Shown here: piece by piece, positions 1 to 9,700 of the stretch
How the letters are laid out: every line of letters starts with the position of its first letter
How positions within the stretch are numbered: position 1 is the first letter of the stretch
Program-made: the position numbers and the translations under genes
The notes under the pieces: model-generated
Told to the model about the DNA's origin: nothing
What the model saw: only the letters and a program-made list of their open reading frames with translations
Database searches by the model: none
IMG/VR virus record: IMGVR_UViG_3300043774_000656
Coordinates: 1 to 64,000 of that record
From: a virus
Reading direction: 5' to 3' (one strand)
Length of the DNA stretch: 64,000 nucleotides

Positions 1-524
1 ATTGCATTTTTAGCAATGGACTCAAGTTCAAAGTCAAGAAAGTTTTCAGTTACATAGCCATCAGCATATTTCTGAAGAACTTTCTTGATATAATCGTTCA
101 GACGGTTTTTATAAATTTCAAGTATGAAATCTTTCTCTGTGCCCTTCCATGTAGATTTTACAAGAGCTTCCTCAAATGATAAGTAACATGAGTCTGTATC
201 GATATAGATAACAACTGGCTTAAGAACTGGACCTTTAACCTCAATACCCATTTTCTCGTGAAGCTCTTTATCCTTGTGCCAAAATTCAGTGAAATATAAG
301 TTCACCATCTTTTCAGTATACAGGATAGCATTCTGACCTTGCAGTGTTATGCTTTCAGCGATGTTAATGTTGAAGAAATAAAAATACTCGTTACCGAATG
401 CACCATAGATCGAGTTAAGTATTCGCTTAACAGATTGCTCTTGGTTGTAGTACTGGTTAACTAGATCTTCGGTATCTTTGTACTTTTGTTTTAATTCTTC
501 AGCAGTTAGGTTGTCTAAGTTCAT
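1..524 (-). CDS. Family B DNA polymerase, C-terminal subunit (gp43B-like); runs off the window edge
   Basis: Not in the ORF track. Manual translation from ATG at 524 gives MNLDNLTAEELKQKYKDTEDLVNQYYNQEQSVKRILNSIYGAFGNEYF...VIYIDTDSCY, containing PolB motif B (KxxxNSxYG) and motif C (YxDTDS). Confidence 0.93.
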   Translation of the reverse strand, partial: MNLDNLTAEELKQKYKDTEDLVNQYYNQEQSVKRILNSIYGAFGNEYFYFFNINIAESITLQGQNAILYTEKMVNLYFTEFWHKDKELHEKMGIEVKGPVLKPVVIYIDTDSCYLSFEEALVKSTWKGTEKDFILEIYKNRLNDYIKKVLQKYADGYVTENFLDFELESIAKNA

Positions 525-525
525 A

Positions 526-1287
526 TTAGTCATTTGAACAAACTGATACTGTTAACAGTGTGTTGCTATCTTTTGATTTGAAAACCAGCTTATTTGGACA
601 AACAGATACTGTATATGATTCCTTGTCAAGTAGATTGAAATACTTTTTATAAAGCATAACTTCAGAACCACTTTCAACTGAAGACTTATCAGTCTCTGTA
701 ATCTTTGCGTCATAAGAGTCACCTTTAACTCTAACAGAATCTTCAATGTACTGGATCTTAAATGTATCTGAGTCTTTATCCAGATTGAAAAGTGAACTTA
801 GTTTACTTTGCATAAATGGCTCAAGATCAAAATCAAACATCACATCTTTTTTATTAAAGATTTGCTTTACCTGATCTGCAGTCAAATCAATAAAGCCGAG
901 TGAAGGATCGCTGCATGCTAATGAGAGTGTAAGACTGGGGCTAGAGATTTTAACTCGAGTTGCAATAAGCTCACCTTCCATTTCTGCACATTCAACAACA
1001 CCAGTTAATTCATTAGAATCGGTATCGCTAAAATTTCTAAGTGCTTCATTGATTTTAGACCCATTGAAAAACGAAATCTTCAGATTCATTTCAGGTTGCT
1101 TTTCAAATGTAAAGATTTCGTCAACAGGAACTTCTTGTACCTTAACTGCATCTCTTTCTGGTAAGTAAACACTTGAAACTAGGTTTTCACCTTTTATTTT
1201 AAGGTAAACGAATTTATCGATTGAAGTAAGCTTTGAAATGAAAGATGTTAATGCTTCAACATCGACTCTTGTTAGTTTTATTTCCAT
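526..1287 (-). CDS. Probable DNA polymerase sliding clamp (gp45/PCNA-like)
   Basis: 253 aa, acidic, apparent two-domain alpha/beta periodicity, directly upstream of the polymerase subunit. No diagnostic motif, so size and context carry the call. Confidence 0.55.
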   Translation of the reverse strand: MEIKLTRVDVEALTSFISKLTSIDKFVYLKIKGENLVSSVYLPERDAVKVQEVPVDEIFTFEKQPEMNLKISFFNGSKINEALRNFSDTDSNELTGVVECAEMEGELIATRVKISSPSLTLSLACSDPSLGFIDLTADQVKQIFNKKDVMFDFDLEPFMQSKLSSLFNLDKDSDTFKIQYIEDSVRVKGDSYDAKITETDKSSVESGSEVMLYKKYFNLLDKESYTVSVCPNKLVFKSKDSNTLLTVSVCSND

Positions 1288-1304
1288 ATAAAATTGCTTT
1301 TTAG

Positions 1305-1330
1305 TTATACTAGACAGTACTTAATAGTTT
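1305..1330 (-). promoter_or_regulatory. Putative middle-class promoter AAAC-N17-TATAA
   Basis: Same motif and exact spacing at five intergenic sites; lies 18 nt upstream of the clamp start. Confidence 0.65.
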
Positions 1331-1337
1331 CAACACT

Positions 1338-1369
1338 AAAAAGCCTCAGTCAGAAGACTGAGGCTTTTT
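1338..1369 (-). terminator. Intrinsic terminator (symmetric, possibly bidirectional)
   Basis: AAAAAGCCTCAGTC-AGAA-GACTGAGGCTTTTT perfect hairpin downstream of the Hc1-like gene. Confidence 0.9.
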
Positions 1370-1389
1370 ATAACCAGTAATTAAAAAGC

Positions 1390-1572
1390 TTATGCTTTTT
1401 CTGTGTTCTTAATTTCTTGAACTTCAGTACGTACCTCTTGGGCCAATTGCTTCAAAGTTTGCATTGCACCACGAAGACGTGTACCTGCAGACTTATTACC
1501 TTTTGCATAGAAAGATTCTGCGTCCTTTTCTACTGACTCAAGCAAAGATTTAATGTTGTTAAACTTTTCCAT
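1390..1572 (-). CDS. Histone H1-like nucleoid protein (Hc1 family, short Bacteroidota type)
   Basis: 60 aa with the KGNKSAGTRLR motif matching the Hc1 family GNKxAGTRxR signature. Confidence 0.85.
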   Translation of the reverse strand: MEKFNNIKSLLESVEKDAESFYAKGNKSAGTRLRGAMQTLKQLAQEVRTEVQEIKNTEKA

Positions 1573-1590
1573 TTTTCTTAGATTTTAGAT

Positions 1591-1616
1591 TTATATTGTT
1601 TGTTATAATTATGTTT
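1591..1616 (-). promoter_or_regulatory. Putative middle-class promoter AAAC-N17-TATAA
   Basis: TGAAAC-N17-TATAA upstream of the Hc1-like gene. Confidence 0.65.
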
Positions 1617-1619
1617 CAA

Positions 1620-3476
1620 TTATTTTATCTCACAGGCACCTCCTGCACAGGCTACTTCACCTTTAAGATCTGTATTGTCATCTATTTCAATTACTTTAGA
1701 TAGATCAACTTTAGTAAGAGATTTCATCATTTCATGATATTTCTCTTCAGTACAGTCTTCAAATGGAGCTTGAATGTAAGTACCACCGTCATAAGGTAGA
1801 ACAGAAAGGCCGTTATAGCAATTTCTATTTTCCCACATCCAGTCTCCTACTCCTTCCCATTCTTCTGGCTTAATACTTACAGTAGCTGAGATATTATGGG
1901 TGTTCATACCGCTTCTATGTCCTGCTTTGATCCAGTTATTATAGAACCATTTAACTCTTTCCAAAAGATCGTAAGCTGATTCATGTCTAAGAATAGAACC
2001 TGCTGGTGATTTTTGAGGAATAGAGATAACAGCTGTATCATGAGGTCTGAAGTACTCATCTTCTACTAATTCAGGATGGTAGATAGCAAGATACTGGTAG
2101 ATAGCCTCATTCTTTCCTACTCTGATTCGGCGAATATAGTAATCATTATGCCATGCATGTATACCAGATGAGCAGCCTAAAGCTAAAGAACTAGTACCTG
2201 CTGGTTTAATGGTAGTAACACGTGCAGCTTTATTGATACCAAGCAGATCTGCCACTTTAGCATTTTCTTCCTTAGCACATTCTGCAGCCTCTTTAAGAGA
2301 GAACTTTTGTGCTTGACCGCTACCAATACCTGTTAAGCCGATTCCAACAAGTGCATCTTTCTCAGTAGTACGTTGCCATACTGGACGTAAATAATGGAAG
2401 TCTGTATAACCGGCTTGTAATGTACCAATAAATGTAGCTGCTGTTACTCTAGCATTAAGATCTTCCTGTGACTTAACATCTGATACATTAACTTCAGTTA
2501 AGTTACAGAACTGATAAGGACGTAATGCAATTTCGCAACAAGGATTAGTACCCCAATCTTTGTCATTAGTAAAGTAGATACCTGGTTCACCAGAGCCAGA
2601 TGCTTCAATTTTCTTCCATAGATCTAAGAAGAACTCTTTGGTTACTTTGTTTCTAACAAGTACTGCAGAGTTATTAGCACGACCTCTTTGTGGATTTAAT
2701 TCCCACCAGCTACCTGCTTTACAAGATATCATATCTTCGTCGTCAGCGCTAAATAAACTAATAAGAGCTGCTCTACGAATACCACCTGCAAGTACTGCAT
2801 CGGCAATATGGCAGATAATATCATGTACTTCAATTGTTGAAAGCTTTTCATTGTTTTCTTTTTGTGATAAGATACCCTCAATTTTAATCAAGCATTCTTT
2901 AAGTGGCTGAGGACCTGGGGCTTTACCACCAGATGTAATAAGTTTAGCACCCTTTGGTCGAATGTCTCTAAAGTCAAAGTCGATTGTTGAGCCACCTGCA
3001 AAATAAGATTTCATTAGGACTTTGATTGAATCAGCCCAACCTTCAATACTGTCTGCAACCAAAAACCTTCTTTTACGATTTGGATTTGGCTTATTGATTT
3101 CAGGTAGTTCTTCAACGTGGTGTTTCTGTACACTAAAACCAACTCCTGTTCCACCTAACAATAAGAACATTACTTCACCAAATGAGCGCCAATCGTCAAT
3201 AGGTAAATAGGCACAATTGTAAATACGGTTTGGTGAAATTTCAATAGGTTTACCACCGAATTGTAAAGAACGCATTGACGGTAAAACTTTTTTATCGTAT
3301 ACCGCTTTGTACTTATCTCTGATCAGATCTTCTATTGCTGGATATTTTTTAATATGCATTTCCATATTTCGGGTAACCAACTCTTCCCATGTTTCTCGCC
3401 TTTCAAATTCAGGTAAGTATCTTGAGTACTTCATGTAAACCGTGATGTCACTCAGGATCTGATTAGATAATTCCAT
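1620..3476 (-). CDS. nrdJ: Class II (adenosylcobalamin-dependent) ribonucleotide reductase
   Basis: YNC, GGTGVG, GGIRRAALI, TNPCCEI, TTIKPAGT and C-terminal CAGGACE motifs; no small subunit gene nearby. Confidence 0.92.
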   Translation of the reverse strand: MELSNQILSDITVYMKYSRYLPEFERRETWEELVTRNMEMHIKKYPAIEDLIRDKYKAVYDKKVLPSMRSLQFGGKPIEISPNRIYNCAYLPIDDWRSFGEVMFLLLGGTGVGFSVQKHHVEELPEINKPNPNRKRRFLVADSIEGWADSIKVLMKSYFAGGSTIDFDFRDIRPKGAKLITSGGKAPGPQPLKECLIKIEGILSQKENNEKLSTIEVHDIICHIADAVLAGGIRRAALISLFSADDEDMISCKAGSWWELNPQRGRANNSAVLVRNKVTKEFFLDLWKKIEASGSGEPGIYFTNDKDWGTNPCCEIALRPYQFCNLTEVNVSDVKSQEDLNARVTAATFIGTLQAGYTDFHYLRPVWQRTTEKDALVGIGLTGIGSGQAQKFSLKEAAECAKEENAKVADLLGINKAARVTTIKPAGTSSLALGCSSGIHAWHNDYYIRRIRVGKNEAIYQYLAIYHPELVEDEYFRPHDTAVISIPQKSPAGSILRHESAYDLLERVKWFYNNWIKAGHRSGMNTHNISATVSIKPEEWEGVGDWMWENRNCYNGLSVLPYDGGTYIQAPFEDCTEEKYHEMMKSLTKVDLSKVIEIDDNTDLKGEVACAGGACEIK

Positions 3477-3534
3477 AAAAATTCTGTCTTTTTTTAATTT
3501 ATTTTGTAGAGTATATAATTTTTTTCCAGCAATA

Positions 3535-4938
3535 TTAAGCCTTTTCTTTCAGTTTTTTCGAAATTTCTTCGAGTTCCATTTTGTACTCGAACATTTTCTT
3601 TTTGTATTCCTTTCTCTTTGAATATAAATCTGTAAGAACTCGCTTAAGGATTGAAGGCTCTTTTACATAAACAGCTCCGGTAGAAGTAACTGTATATTCA
3701 TTTTTATCGAATGAATCAACCTTTGAAGATGGTGCGATTTCAATAAAAGAGTCTGGCGAGATATTGAACTGTCTCATAATGGAGGGGTATAGAGATGCAA
3801 AGTCAAAGCAGGCTACGGCTTTATGCTTACCAACAACAGGCTGCTTAACAAAGGCACCAGTGTACTGTTCATTCTTTTCTTTCTCTTTCTGATATGGTTT
3901 AACGGCCATAACTTTGCCTTCAGCAAGTAGGTTTCTGGCTATAAGCGATTCAGTGATTGCCACTGGTGAACCAGCTTTATAAAAACTAATCTTACAGATA
4001 TTAGAAAGTGTAAGAACCACTTGAAGTGTTTTAAGCTTTTGGTCTATCAGATAAACAAGAATACTATCGACTGCATTATAGTAAAGATATTTTTGATAAT
4101 CATCTTCGTATAATTGTTGAAGACCACCGTCATATTTTATTTTACCGACACCGATAGTTTGCATTGCAGCAGTATTCAGCTGGTTGTTTTCTTTCACTGA
4201 TACGCTTCTATCCCAATTAGAATAAAGGTCCATGTAATCGACTATACCTATATGGTATGGCAGACCATCTCTTGTTAGGGCACATGTTGGCGATGCTTCA
4301 GCTGGATCTATCTGTAGGCGTTTACATCTATTAACTATGTACTTCCAGTCAAAGTTAATACAGTTCCATCCGCTAAGCATTGGAAACTTAGGCATAAACT
4401 TATGGATGAATGTATAGACCAGATCATACTCTGTATTAAACCTAATATACTTGATATCCCAGTTGATACCAAATTTCTCAAAGTATTTGTTGGTATCTTC
4501 TTTAACTTTATCTTGTGATTTTTGTGTAAAGTCTTTTAGACCTAGTACAATAACCTGATGATTAGGGGTAACTATAGATATGGTTAAGATTTTTGAATCT
4601 GCCCTTTCAGGTTCAGGAAAGTTATCAGTTACCTCAACTTCAATATCGAAGAAAAATGTCTTTGGGAAATTATAACCAAAGATCTTATCACTATCTTCTT
4701 TTGGAAGACGTTCAATAAATTCAATTAAACCATGTTTTGAAATTTTCTTTTCAAAAGAAGCCCTAACCGTTTTACCATCCCAGTTTATATTATGGACACT
4801 TCTGCGTCGATCATTGTCTTCGCATGTATACCAGTTTGGGAAATCAGTTGTATCATATGTCTTTAATTCAACTTCACCCTTGTCGTTGAAAAAGCTAAAT
4901 GTAACCTGATTTTCAAGTTGTTCAATATCTAATAGCAT
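3535..4938 (-). CDS. Family B DNA polymerase, N-terminal subunit (3'-5' exonuclease plus motif A; gp43A-like)
   Basis: Exo I FFDIE, Exo II WNCINFD, Exo III YNAVD, YTGAFV and DFASLYPS. Ends in the first fingers helix with no motif B or C. Confidence 0.93.
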   Translation of the reverse strand: MLLDIEQLENQVTFSFFNDKGEVELKTYDTTDFPNWYTCEDNDRRRSVHNINWDGKTVRASFEKKISKHGLIEFIERLPKEDSDKIFGYNFPKTFFFDIEVEVTDNFPEPERADSKILTISIVTPNHQVIVLGLKDFTQKSQDKVKEDTNKYFEKFGINWDIKYIRFNTEYDLVYTFIHKFMPKFPMLSGWNCINFDWKYIVNRCKRLQIDPAEASPTCALTRDGLPYHIGIVDYMDLYSNWDRSVSVKENNQLNTAAMQTIGVGKIKYDGGLQQLYEDDYQKYLYYNAVDSILVYLIDQKLKTLQVVLTLSNICKISFYKAGSPVAITESLIARNLLAEGKVMAVKPYQKEKEKNEQYTGAFVKQPVVGKHKAVACFDFASLYPSIMRQFNISPDSFIEIAPSSKVDSFDKNEYTVTSTGAVYVKEPSILKRVLTDLYSKRKEYKKKMFEYKMELEEISKKLKEKA

Positions 4939-4943
4939 AATAA

Positions 4944-5387
4944 TTATTTAGTACCTGTTGAGCCAAAACCACCTTCACCTCTTTCTGAAACCAAATCTCC
5001 GAATAGTTCATCTTCACTTTCTGCAATCTGTACAGGCACATAATTCATTTTAATACAAAGCAGTTGGATGATTTTATCACCAGGTGTAATTACCTGTGCA
5101 GTATTACCTACATTGTGTAGATCTATATGGATTTCACCCTGATATGATTCATCAATCACACAGGCTCCTACTAATAGGTTTTTCTTTGCTGCAACACCCG
5201 ACTTATTAAATGCAATAAGCGCATGACCTTTAGGTACTTTAGCTTTAATACCAGAAGGTATTAGAACCGATTGACCTGGGTTCAATACCTGTGCTAGGAA
5301 ATCTTCTGGAATATACAGGTCAAAGCCTGCATCGTTGGAATGAGCTCTTGTTGGAGTTTTAACCTCTCTTGTTTTGTATATCTTCAT
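4944..5387 (-). CDS. dut: Trimeric dUTPase
   Basis: AGFDL, KSG, VIDESYQGEI, IIQL and RGEGGFGSTG motifs. Confidence 0.95.
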   Translation of the reverse strand: MKIYKTREVKTPTRAHSNDAGFDLYIPEDFLAQVLNPGQSVLIPSGIKAKVPKGHALIAFNKSGVAAKKNLLVGACVIDESYQGEIHIDLHNVGNTAQVITPGDKIIQLLCIKMNYVPVQIAESEDELFGDLVSERGEGGFGSTGTK

Positions 5388-5404
5388 AACTGTAATTTAT
5401 GAAT

Positions 5405-5430
5405 TTATACTGAATACAGAGCCTATGTTT
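5405..5430 (-). promoter_or_regulatory. Putative middle-class promoter AAAC-N17-TATAA
   Basis: Upstream of the dUTPase/polymerase N-subunit pair; exact spacing match. Confidence 0.65.
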
Positions 5431-5432
5431 TA

Positions 5433-6296
5433 TTATTTGTCAGATTGTTTAAGAAACTCGTTAAACTTATCTGGTGTAAAAGAAATTGGTGTTACACCTT
5501 TTTTCTTACCCTTCTTCATGAGTTCTTTATCCTTTTTTGAGTAAGGTGCAGGAATATCACCAGAGCCTGTAGCACCGTATGGGCCAACCTCAGGTATAAC
5601 TATAGGACCCATGCCGCCGACATTCATGCCAGGATTAGGATGAACTCTGGCGTAATCCTCGTTTAATTCACTTACATCCATTATGTATAATTTACCGTTA
5701 AATTCTACATCTACGGATGGGTTTATGCTTTTTGCTAAAAGGCTATATAGTGCATTTCTTTGTATTGACTTTTTAGGATTTTCTTTACCTAAAGCATCAG
5801 TAAATGAAGGTGACCATGCTATTCTGTTTACTTTATTGTCTTTAATAAACTCTTTGCATATAACACCTACTGTTGCCAGTATTCTAAATGGTATGTTTTC
5901 ATTTGTAACTATAAACTCGTTATCAGTTTCATCGTTAGGCTCAACATAATACTCTACTTCATACTCACCTTCACCTCTATCCTCAAAATCTACAGTATAT
6001 TCATTTTTACCTGTATCAAAACCATAGCTTCTTTTGCTTATTTTAAAATGTTCAAATGGTTTTGATGAACTGATACTTATTTCATTTATAAAACTCTCGA
6101 ATGTTGGCACAAAGCTTTCTTTAGTATCAGGTAGACCCTTATGTTTAGTTGAAGCAAAATCTTTAAGTTGCTTTTTGGTCATGCCCTGAGCTAACTGAGC
6201 GACTTTATCGCTTACCTCATCTGGGTCTTTTTTACCAGTCTTAACCGCATAAGCTTGACCCATTAGACGCTGTTGCGCTTTACTTTGTGCCGGCAT
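5433..6296 (-). CDS. Putative internal head protein with DUF3008-like N-terminus
   Basis: N-terminal MPAQSKAQQR...LKDFASTKHKGLP resembles DUF3008 and is followed by PTFESFINE, a capsid-targeting-like motif. Confidence 0.55.
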   Translation of the reverse strand: MPAQSKAQQRLMGQAYAVKTGKKDPDEVSDKVAQLAQGMTKKQLKDFASTKHKGLPDTKESFVPTFESFINEISISSSKPFEHFKISKRSYGFDTGKNEYTVDFEDRGEGEYEVEYYVEPNDETDNEFIVTNENIPFRILATVGVICKEFIKDNKVNRIAWSPSFTDALGKENPKKSIQRNALYSLLAKSINPSVDVEFNGKLYIMDVSELNEDYARVHPNPGMNVGGMGPIVIPEVGPYGATGSGDIPAPYSKKDKELMKKGKKKGVTPISFTPDKFNEFLKQSDK

Positions 6297-6298
6297 TA

Positions 6299-6739
6299 TT
6301 AGTCTTCGTTTACTTTACTTTGCTTAACAGTGTATGTCTTACCGTTAAATTCAAAGGTCTTTTCACCTTTCTCTCTTGCTTCTTTAAGGGCCATTAGGAA
6401 TGCATTACCTTCACTTATCATACCACCATCTTTTACTTTCTCCCATATTTTAAGACCATAGCTTGAAAGTCTTACACCTTCTTTAGTGATGGAGAAATAT
6501 TGTTTGTTTCTAGAAGACCATCTGTCATGTGCTCCAGTACCAGATATGATAGAATTAAATTCTTCCTCAGTTATAACACCATCTTGAATAGCATCAAGTA
6601 TTTTGTTTCTGATAGCTGCCTTCTCGTTGGTAGATCTTGCAGGATATTTTTCAGTGTAGCCTCTTTTGTAAATTACTTTACCTTCATTTACTTCGAAGTT
6701 TTCATTTACGAATTGATTAAATGTTTGAAAGTTTTTCAT
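6299..6739 (-). CDS. Putative internal head protein
   Basis: N-terminal MKNFQTFNQFVNE motif plus several xNE/xSE sites. Confidence 0.55.
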   Translation of the reverse strand: MKNFQTFNQFVNENFEVNEGKVIYKRGYTEKYPARSTNEKAAIRNKILDAIQDGVITEEEFNSIISGTGAHDRWSSRNKQYFSITKEGVRLSSYGLKIWEKVKDGGMISEGNAFLMALKEAREKGEKTFEFNGKTYTVKQSKVNED

Positions 6740-6751
6740 TTTATGTTTTAT

Positions 6752-9700
6752 TTATTTCTTCTTTACAGAACCGGACGTTATTCCGATTTTAGCATTAAAT
6801 GGGTTTGGAACTGATCCTTTAGCCTCAAACTTAAATTCAGCAACTGAAAAAGATTTACTAACAAAGGACATACTGTTTCCTTTCACATCAAATATAAGGT
6901 ATATCTGAGCTAAGTCTTGTGACTTATTTATTAGAGAAGTTAGGGGCTCTTGATATAGATTATTTAGATAATCAACAACCGTAGTAACTAAAGGATAGAA
7001 AACAGCACCGAATACCGTCTCATCTTTTAGACTATCCCATTCATCATACATGTCTTTTGCGGTCATATCCTTTGGTTTCGTGCCGCATAATTTCCAAAGT
7101 TCTTCATAGAATGTTATGAAGTTTTTCTTATCCTTATGTAATTTGTACAACCATTCTATGATAACTTCTTTAGTAAGTGTGGTTGATTCAAGACCTGAAG
7201 TTTTTATAAGGTAGTTATATGGTGTACCGGCGCCGCTCAGGTATGATGAAAGCATTTCATTATAAAAATCAAAAATACTCAGGTCTACTATCTTCTTAAG
7301 TATGTTATCGTATAGATCTTGTTCATCTTGTGACATTGTTAATTCACCAGAATCTTTTAAAGTTGTTACAGCTTTCACTAGACCAGTTGCTGCAGGTGTT
7401 CCACCTTTACTACCGGCTTTAGAAGATATATGCATGCTATCAAAAATAAAATCTACAAGCTCTGCGTTAGAAGCAGTAGGGAACGAAACACCCGATTTAT
7501 ATGTTTTAATTATATTGAATAGATGCAGACCTCCTAAAACTTCACCGAAATCATTTGCGATATTTGATATCGAAATTAGATCTATGCCTTCTGCTAAACC
7601 TTTATCGAATTTATATTCATATGACGTACCTGTACCATTTTTTAAGAAATCTAACATGTCGGTATATGAATTAGCATGACCACCGCCGCTGGTAACGGCC
7701 TCTATTAAACCTTTTAGAAAATCTTTATAGTTATCTGGATATTCAGTCATGTCTATTCCTGACTTAATTGCAGATTCATAAACTTTACTAGATTTATAAG
7801 AACCTGTTGAAAGACCCAGTGCATCAGGTGTTAATTTCTTTTTACCTACAACTGCGACGTCGCCTGATTTACTTTCCTTTGTTGCATCGACAATTTCTAT
7901 AGTACCACCTCTTGTATATGAAAATTTATTTAGCAAGGTAACTTGCTTTTTGAATTTTATAATATAGGTATAGTAATCGCCTGAATTGCCTTGCTTCGGT
8001 GGTAAAATTGAGTCAAACACATAAGTACCTTCTGGTGCACCTATACTATTTAAGTATGATGTTATGTTCTGTTCAGCTACTGTAGTTCCTCCGAATGAAG
8101 CTCTAAGTACTTCACCTTCACCTTTACTTGGTTTACCTCTACCTTTAGTTCCTGCTACAACTCTATCAGCTCTTACTCCTGAAGATTCCGCCCAGCTATC
8201 ATATGCTAAATCCCAAGGTGTACCTTCTTTTTTAGCTTCATTTATCCTGGCTGATTCAAAAATAAAATCATTAAATGTAAGAAGTGAAAAATTTTCTTTA
8301 ACTTCTTGCATGATAGTCTTAAGTTGGTCATACAATTTATGCATACCCTTAGGTGTCATTCTCTTGAATGTTGCCTCATCATCTATCTTTAAAGCTTCTC
8401 TTACTTTGGTAGCACTGATATCTTCATCTGATCTCTTAATTTCAAATGCATCAAGCTCAGGAAGAGCATTCAGCTCTTCTTTATACTTGTCAATCTGGTA
8501 CTTATAGGCTTTAAGTCTATCTGTACCTGCTCCCCATAGAACCGGTTCATATGCAGGTCTAACAGCATTATAAATTGTATCGATACCTGCAGTATTGATA
8601 ACTGCGGCACCTTCAATCATATTACTCTGTATAGCACCAATCATTGCCAGTTGTGTATCTTCATCAAAAGGATTCTTAGCAGGATCTGATTTACCACCTC
8701 TTACAATTAAGATGAATGTAGGTAAACCATTTTCTTTATAAAGTTGTTCAACAACTTTCATGTGACCTTCAGTAAAAGGCTGGAATCGACCTGCAAAGAT
8801 ATTAACCTTCTTAGAACCATGTTCAGTAGTGTTTAATTTCAAAGCCTCATTGATGATGCTTTCAAACACTGAAGTTACATTTTCTATTTGAGATCTCTTT
8901 AAGTAGTTATTAAAGTCTAGTATTTGATTTTCTTCTGGTACCATTTCAACCTTCTTTTGTATCTTCTCAATGATACCATTAAGGGTATCAACTATTTGTT
9001 GTGTAAGTATTGGTGTAGTGTTCTTTCTATATCTTCTAAATGAACTGATAATAATTTTGAATAGATCGCTAAGCTTACTATTCTTTAATATCTCTCTGGT
9101 TCTTTCATTTGGTATAGTGGCTAGATTGATTTCAAACTCAGGCTTCTTTGCAAAGTCTGGTGTTTCAAAATCAACTCCAATATATTTATGACCATTCTTT
9201 TGGATATAGTCATTGAATAAAACAGACATAAGTTCAATGTATCTCTCATCAGGTGACTCACTATTAAGTTGTATACCTGTCATATCTACGAGCTCCATAA
9301 ATTCAATTATGTCAAGCATTGCGATTTGATACATGTCATTAGCTTTTCTATCTACAGGCTTAGTGATATTTTTAGAATGCTGCTGCATTACTGGATCAAT
9401 CAATCTAGCTGAATAGACTTCACTTTCACCAGGTGTAATAAATTTGAATATGATACCCTCGATTGGTTTATCAATATCATTCATTAGAGAACTGGTTCTT
9501 ATGTCTGGGTTAAGAACACTTATAATATAACGTGTAAAAGACTGGCTCTTAAATGTAGCCATAAGATCTGATTCTGGAGTACTTAAGTAGTCCATTATTC
9601 TATCTTTCTGTACTGATGTTAAATTGCCATTATAGATAATTGGGGGTCTTTCAACATCTAATGTTTTAGACCAATCTGAAAGAACTCTAGGGTCTGAAAT

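Noticed and set aside
3500-3520. ATTATATACTC upstream of nrdJ as a late or middle promoter
   Set aside because: Partial match only: it breaks RATATATA and lacks AAAC at the N17 spacing.
525-3534. Intron or split intein explaining the divided polymerase
   Set aside because: The gap holds ordinary genes with a terminator, and neither polymerase fragment shows intein terminal residues or a homing endonuclease.
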